NCBI GenBank assembly: GCA_964549075.1
Contig: CAZJUB010000044.1
Coordinates: 1 to 20,770 of the forward strand
Source: an uncultured archaeon
GTDB taxonomy: Archaea; Asgardarchaeota; Heimdallarchaeia; Heimdallarchaeales; Heimdallarchaeaceae
Direction: 5' to 3'
Length of the DNA: 20,770 bases
Position 1 is the stretch's first letter. Every line of letters begins with the position of its first letter. Positions 16,342-20,770 of the stretch are shown in pieces. The position numbers were made by a program, and so were the translations under genes. The notes beneath the pieces are model-generated. The model ran no database searches, was not told where the DNA came from, and saw only the letters and a list, made by a program, of their open reading frames with translations.

Positions 16342-17928
16342 TTAAAATAACCTTACATAAGTTGTATCTATCTCATCTGCTGTTACTAATAATTCTATCT
16401 CTTTGAATTTTTGAGGAGATCTAATCAAATTATTGAGAAATTCAACATCATAATCTTCAATATGCTTTTCAGATTTAAGCGAAGGCGGAAGAACATGTCC
16501 AATTATTTGATATCCAGAGAAGACCTTTTTCTTTTTTTTCAATTCCTTTTCATTCATTGTAGTACCGACTAAAAGTAGAGCTTGTAACTCATCATCTATT
16601 GTTACAGTATTGATAACAAAAACCTCTAGATTTTCAAGGATGTCATCTCGTGAATTAGAGTAACGCATAGTGGTTATTGACCTTTGTATTTTGTAGTGGT
16701 CTTTTATACTCGGAATGAGCTTGTCAATTATTAGCTCTCGACCAATTCCAAATGCAGCATCTGAGTCCTTTACAGCATTCTTAAACGAGATGAACTTATG
16801 TGCTTTAGCTGCAAGATTATCAGTATCAGTCTTTATCCCCAGATTCCTTAGTATTTGCGTTGTCTGAGGTGAAGATTGTAAATCATAAAGCATTGAAATT
16901 CCTAAAACTAAAGAGAGTGTGTAAGCATAGTTCTTCTTTATAGTACGTTGATTTTCATCTTTAGTAAAATGCAAAAATTCCTTAGCTTTTTCAAAGAAAA
17001 TCAATGCATATTGGTAATCTTTGTAATCAGCAATCCCACTTGCTAAGGCTGAATAATAAATTGATTTCTTTCTATTGCTTAGTTTCTCAATAAACGCCTC
17101 TATCTCCTTCAAGATAGATTCAACAATCTTCTGTGACAGTTTTATGATACTTAATAATATGGAAAGTCTTCTAGTTGCTTCATAATCATTCTTGAAACGC
17201 TTAATTGTTTTAAGAACAAGTTTTGCTCCATTAATAATAGTATCTTGATATTTGTCGACAACTACTAATCCTGGATTTTCTGAAAAAACTTGAAGAAAAT
17301 AATCCACTGGCATAACTAATTTAGTGTCAGGATAAGGTTTTGATTTAACAATATCAATTACTTCAACACAATAATCAGCTGCTTTAGTGAATTCTTCCTT
17401 GAAATAATGCATTAATCCAATATTGATGATACAAAAGACAACATTATCATAGAGCTCATTTGCTTCAGATATTTCTTTTGATTTTAGTAAATACTCCAGA
17501 GCTTTATCTTTACCAATCGTTCGATGAATGACAAAAAGCATGTTCAAAACTCTAGTTTGCAATCTAGGGTCATCCAGTTTGTTTGCTATGATATTTGCTT
17601 TGTTGACAGATTTCTTAGCGCCTTCGTAATCATTAGCTAACAGAAAGGAATCAGCTAAAGTTAAGTAGAAAAAAGCATCTAATGTTGGACTTACTTGAGG
17701 AAGTAATGGTTTAACACATTTGAGGATAATTAAAGCTTCTTTTCTATTTTCTTCATTAAGTAGTTTCTTGCTTTCTACTAGCATATATTCAACAAATTCT
17801 TCAATAGTTGTATTCTTGTTCAATTCAAGATGAGACAACATACTTTTGAACTTCTCAGAATTATTTATGCGTTCAAGTAGTTCTTTAGGTTGGACAGATT
17901 TAAGGTAATTGTGTAAAGCAACTGTCAT
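16342..17928 (-). CDS. TPR/alpha-solenoid protein with an uncharacterised C-terminal alpha/beta domain
   Basis: TPR-like LADSFLLANDYEGAKKSVNKA, NIGLMHYFKEEFTKAADYC, LASGIADYKDYQYALIFFEKA; C-terminal ~150 aa not recognised. Confidence 0.8.
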   Translation of the reverse strand: MTVALHNYLKSVQPKELLERINNSEKFKSMLSHLELNKNTTIEEFVEYMLVESKKLLNEENRKEALIILKCVKPLLPQVSPTLDAFFYLTLADSFLLANDYEGAKKSVNKANIIANKLDDPRLQTRVLNMLFVIHRTIGKDKALEYLLKSKEISEANELYDNVVFCIINIGLMHYFKEEFTKAADYCVEVIDIVKSKPYPDTKLVMPVDYFLQVFSENPGLVVVDKYQDTIINGAKLVLKTIKRFKNDYEATRRLSILLSIIKLSQKIVESILKEIEAFIEKLSNRKKSIYYSALASGIADYKDYQYALIFFEKAKEFLHFTKDENQRTIKKNYAYTLSLVLGISMLYDLQSSPQTTQILRNLGIKTDTDNLAAKAHKFISFKNAVKDSDAAFGIGRELIIDKLIPSIKDHYKIQRSITTMRYSNSRDDILENLEVFVINTVTIDDELQALLLVGTTMNEKELKKKKKVFSGYQIIGHVLPPSLKSEKHIEDYDVEFLNNLIRSPQKFKEIELLVTADEIDTTYVRLF

Positions 17929-17976
17929 TGGATTTCAATGAAAAGTAAGAATTAAATCTGTTTTGTTCTGAGGCTG

Positions 17977-17991
17977 AAAAAGAAAAAGAGG
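17977..17991 (-). terminator. U-rich terminator after hisS
   Basis: Minus strand CCTCTTTTTCTTTTT immediately after the stop. Confidence 0.45.
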
Positions 17992-19485
17992 TTAAAGCCG
18001 CTCTTTCAACAATTTATGAAGTTCAGAGAGATTAATAATTTCTTGTTTTCCAGTTATCATATTCCTTAAAGTGACTTTATTTTCTTCTAAATCTCTTTTA
18101 CCTATGATAATCATCAAAGAGATAGACCTATTAGCCGCATCTTCTAATTGTCGCTTTAATTTCCAACCAAATGGGTTGAAAAGAACTGAAAAATTCTTTC
18201 GAAGATCTCTGACTATTTCAGCTGCCTCTAAGAGTATATCATCAGAAATTATAGCTACAGATAATTGAGAAGGATGTTCGTAAGGTGGTGTCCTATTGAG
18301 TGCTTTAAGTATTGAGTGTAAAACAGTTTCACCCATACCTATTCCAGTACCGGGGATTTTACCCCCTCCAAGATCTTCTACAAGTCTATCATATCTCCCT
18401 CCGCCTGCAATCGCTCTAGCCACAGAACCAGTTCTATCAAGAAATTCGAAAACAATCCCTGTATAATAGTCTAAACCTCTAGCGATTGACATATCAAACT
18501 CACAATCTTCTTCTACTCCAAACATCTTGAGATAGAGAATTAATTCAGCTAAGTTATCTATTGTTTTGGTGATTTGTTCATTTACTTCTAGTTTTCGTAG
18601 TTCAGAGATTACGTCTTCAGGTTTACCTCTTAATTGTGAGAAGTGGTAGATTTTTATGATTTGTTCTGGTTTCAGATCAGCTTTTTCTAGAGCCTCTTTT
18701 ACAACTTTTTCTTCTAATTCATGTAATTTGGAGAGATAGGTGGATAGAACTTTATCTTTGTGGATTTGAGGATATTCCTTATTCACATCAATGTCCTGTT
18801 GCCAGATTGTTCTAAAATTCTGTGCTTGTTCTTGAGCTTCACTAGCTGAAAATCCTTTCTTTTGCAAATCAGCTTCAATAGCGTTTTGGACAAACTTTCC
18901 TTTAGAATCTAGAATTCTAATAACATCTAAGTAATTGGAAATTTCCAGAAATTCAATATAATTCTGTAGGAGTTCTCTGCTGTTTATTACACAAATGAAC
19001 TCCCCAGTTTTCAAACCAGCTTTTTTGATGATGTTTGTTGAAACAGCTATTATCTCAGCATCAGCTGCTGGATGATCTATTCCAAAGATATCTGCATTAT
19101 ATTGAAAATGTTCCTTGACTCTTCCTCTTTGAGGAGTTTCATCTCTAAAGACTCTTGGAATACTATACCAACGAAGAGGTTTAGGATAACGTTGATGTTG
19201 ATTAGAGATTAACCTAGCCAAAGAAGGGGTCATTTCTGGTCTAAGAACAAGCTTTCTCTCTTCTCTATCAAAGAGTCTATATGTTTCATCAGCTAGTTCT
19301 TTACCTGACTTGTATTCTATTAGTTTAGCAAATTCGAGTATTGGACCTTCGTACAGTTCATAACCAAATTGCTTTGATATGGTGTGCATGGCATTAAAAA
19401 TCGAATTGATTTCTGCATAGTCTTCAGGATAGAAATCTCGATTGCCTTTGATACCTTTGAGAACTTCTTTAATTTCTGGATCCAT
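17992..19485 (-). CDS. hisS: Histidine--tRNA ligase
   Basis: KGNRDF, LRPEMTPSLAR, motif 2 FRDETPQRGR..EHFQ, ARGLDYYTG, GGGRYD, C-terminal anticodon-binding domain. Confidence 0.97.
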   Translation of the reverse strand: MDPEIKEVLKGIKGNRDFYPEDYAEINSIFNAMHTISKQFGYELYEGPILEFAKLIEYKSGKELADETYRLFDREERKLVLRPEMTPSLARLISNQHQRYPKPLRWYSIPRVFRDETPQRGRVKEHFQYNADIFGIDHPAADAEIIAVSTNIIKKAGLKTGEFICVINSRELLQNYIEFLEISNYLDVIRILDSKGKFVQNAIEADLQKKGFSASEAQEQAQNFRTIWQQDIDVNKEYPQIHKDKVLSTYLSKLHELEEKVVKEALEKADLKPEQIIKIYHFSQLRGKPEDVISELRKLEVNEQITKTIDNLAELILYLKMFGVEEDCEFDMSIARGLDYYTGIVFEFLDRTGSVARAIAGGGRYDRLVEDLGGGKIPGTGIGMGETVLHSILKALNRTPPYEHPSQLSVAIISDDILLEAAEIVRDLRKNFSVLFNPFGWKLKRQLEDAANRSISLMIIIGKRDLEENKVTLRNMITGKQEIINLSELHKLLKERL

Positions 19486-19537
19486 GATATAATCAAAGAT
19501 AGTAGAGATAAAAAATATTTAATTCTATTGTTTCACA

Positions 19538-20524
19538 TTAAAAAATCTCGTCAGTGTCTAAAGTAGAGATTTCAAACATTGGTAATTGTTTCTCTGACCA
19601 GAAAGTTTGGTTGTCAATTATATATTTGACCAAATAGCTGGTTAAATCTGATTCAGACAATTCATCCTTCTTAACTCTTAAACCTTGAATTTCTTTGATG
19701 AATTCAGTTAATAATTTCATCAAAAGGCTACTTCCTTTGAATTCATCAGTTCTTGTAGTAATTAACCAGCAGGAAATCTTATTATCAGCAGCCATAACAA
19801 CTTGTCTTCCGCCTATTCTCATATATTCTAAGATTGATTCATTTTTAGGAGCAAATTTGTACCTGATGACAGGAAATGAGCTTTCGTCAACTATTTGTTC
19901 ATCAGCTGTTTTTATGCTAGCTTCAACGAGACCTGTTTCTGTTTTAATGTAAGCCACAAAATAGTCAACAGTTATTCCAGCTTCAATAAGATTAGTGATA
20001 ATAGCATTTGCTAACCAATCAACAGTTTTATTTATATTTTTACCAGTTATGGGGGAAATAGGGAGATATTCTATAAGATGACCGTTTGATGGAGTTGTAA
20101 AAATATCATTGACTGACTTGATAACACTTTCATCTACTGGTTTATCCCAAGTATTAATTAAAACAAGTACAGGAGAATTCTGTTTAATCCACTTAAGAGC
20201 TCGAACAAACCATTCTTGTGATTCATCAAATTTTTCTTCTTTCGTCCCATCGACAACATAAATCAACGCATCTGAACGGGAAAGATAGCTTTGCCAAAGA
20301 GAATTACGAAAAGGTTCTTTACCACCCAGGTCAGTTAAACCAAGAGTTAAGCCATTGATTTTAACAATTTCTTGGTTAATGCCATAAGTAGAGTAGGTTT
20401 CAGTAATCTCTTCTTGCAAAAGTTTGTTAACAATGGAGGTTTTACCAGCTCCATCTAAACCTGCAATAGATACTGTCATATCTCTACTAGACACTGCTAG
20501 ACCATTATTATTTGAATTTAGCAA
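19538..20524 (-). CDS. Arf/Arl-like small GTPase (divergent) fused to a C-terminal longin-like domain
   Basis: G1 GLDGAGKTS, switch I STYG, G3 DLGGK, W..Y in switch II, YVVD, G4 NTWD. Start is TTG 20524 (upstream GTGAG) or ATG 20479. The C-terminal ~150 aa have a longin-like strand/helix pattern (inference). Confidence 0.88.
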   Translation of the reverse strand: MLNSNNNGLAVSSRDMTVSIAGLDGAGKTSIVNKLLQEEITETYSTYGINQEIVKINGLTLGLTDLGGKEPFRNSLWQSYLSRSDALIYVVDGTKEEKFDESQEWFVRALKWIKQNSPVLVLINTWDKPVDESVIKSVNDIFTTPSNGHLIEYLPISPITGKNINKTVDWLANAIITNLIEAGITVDYFVAYIKTETGLVEASIKTADEQIVDESSFPVIRYKFAPKNESILEYMRIGGRQVVMAADNKISCWLITTRTDEFKGSSLLMKLLTEFIKEIQGLRVKKDELSESDLTSYLVKYIIDNQTFWSEKQLPMFEISTLDTDEIF

Positions 20525-20747
20525 AGCTTCTCACATCTGATATTTAATACACTGATAGTGAACAGCCAGAATACCCCTATATACTAGAATCACTTCTGAC
20601 TCTTAAAAATTTTTGCAGAGAGGTAAAGATTAAAGTTAGGAGATTTTTGTCAATATTCTAGTAAAAATATCCGCGATTAAAGTTTTATGGATTTTTACGA
20701 CTGATTCTTCCCTTTTTTATCTGAAGAAAGTAACAAAAGTAGAAAAA

Positions 20748-20770
20748 ATGAGTATATTCACAAGATGGAT
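20748..20770 (+). CDS. Possible start of a divergent gene, truncated by the window edge
   Basis: ATG 20748 after a purine-rich stretch, open to the window end (MSIFTRW...); too short to verify. Confidence 0.3.

Noticed and set aside
208-19952. Short ORFs in the track overlapping larger genes (208, 598, 812, 1747, 4020, 9399, 10095, 10359, 11050, 12246, 12842, 18071, 19384, 19695)
   Set aside because: Antisense or alternate-frame shadows of well-supported CDS with no recognisable motifs
1-20770. CRISPR array, tRNA/rRNA, transposase or integrase
   Set aside because: No spaced repeats, no RNA-gene signatures and no such ORFs; all intergenic gaps are under about 230 nt

Overview
AT-rich, gene-dense archaeal chromosome segment. 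TBP, an XPB-Bax1 pair, an Arf-like GTPase fused to a longin-like domain, a membrane-anchored RING protein and TPR proteins together point to an Asgard archaeon, possibly Heimdallarchaeia-like (inference). The window has 15 intact CDS plus a fumarate/tartrate hydratase alpha-subunit gene with two in-frame TAA stops and no frameshift. No tRNA, rRNA, CRISPR array or mobile element was seen. Main observations not visible in the ORF track: (1) a well-formed box C/D guide-sRNA-like element on the minus strand at 13464-13541; (2) a ~19-20 bp palindrome-containing motif shared by two distant promoter regions; (3) an Arf-longin fusion with altered catalytic and guanine-binding motifs, near an unknown protein with two longin-like segments and an amphipathic helix plus two TPR proteins, a candidate small-GTPase/membrane module; (4) the doubly interrupted hydratase gene. 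All assignments come from motif reading by eye; no searches were run.
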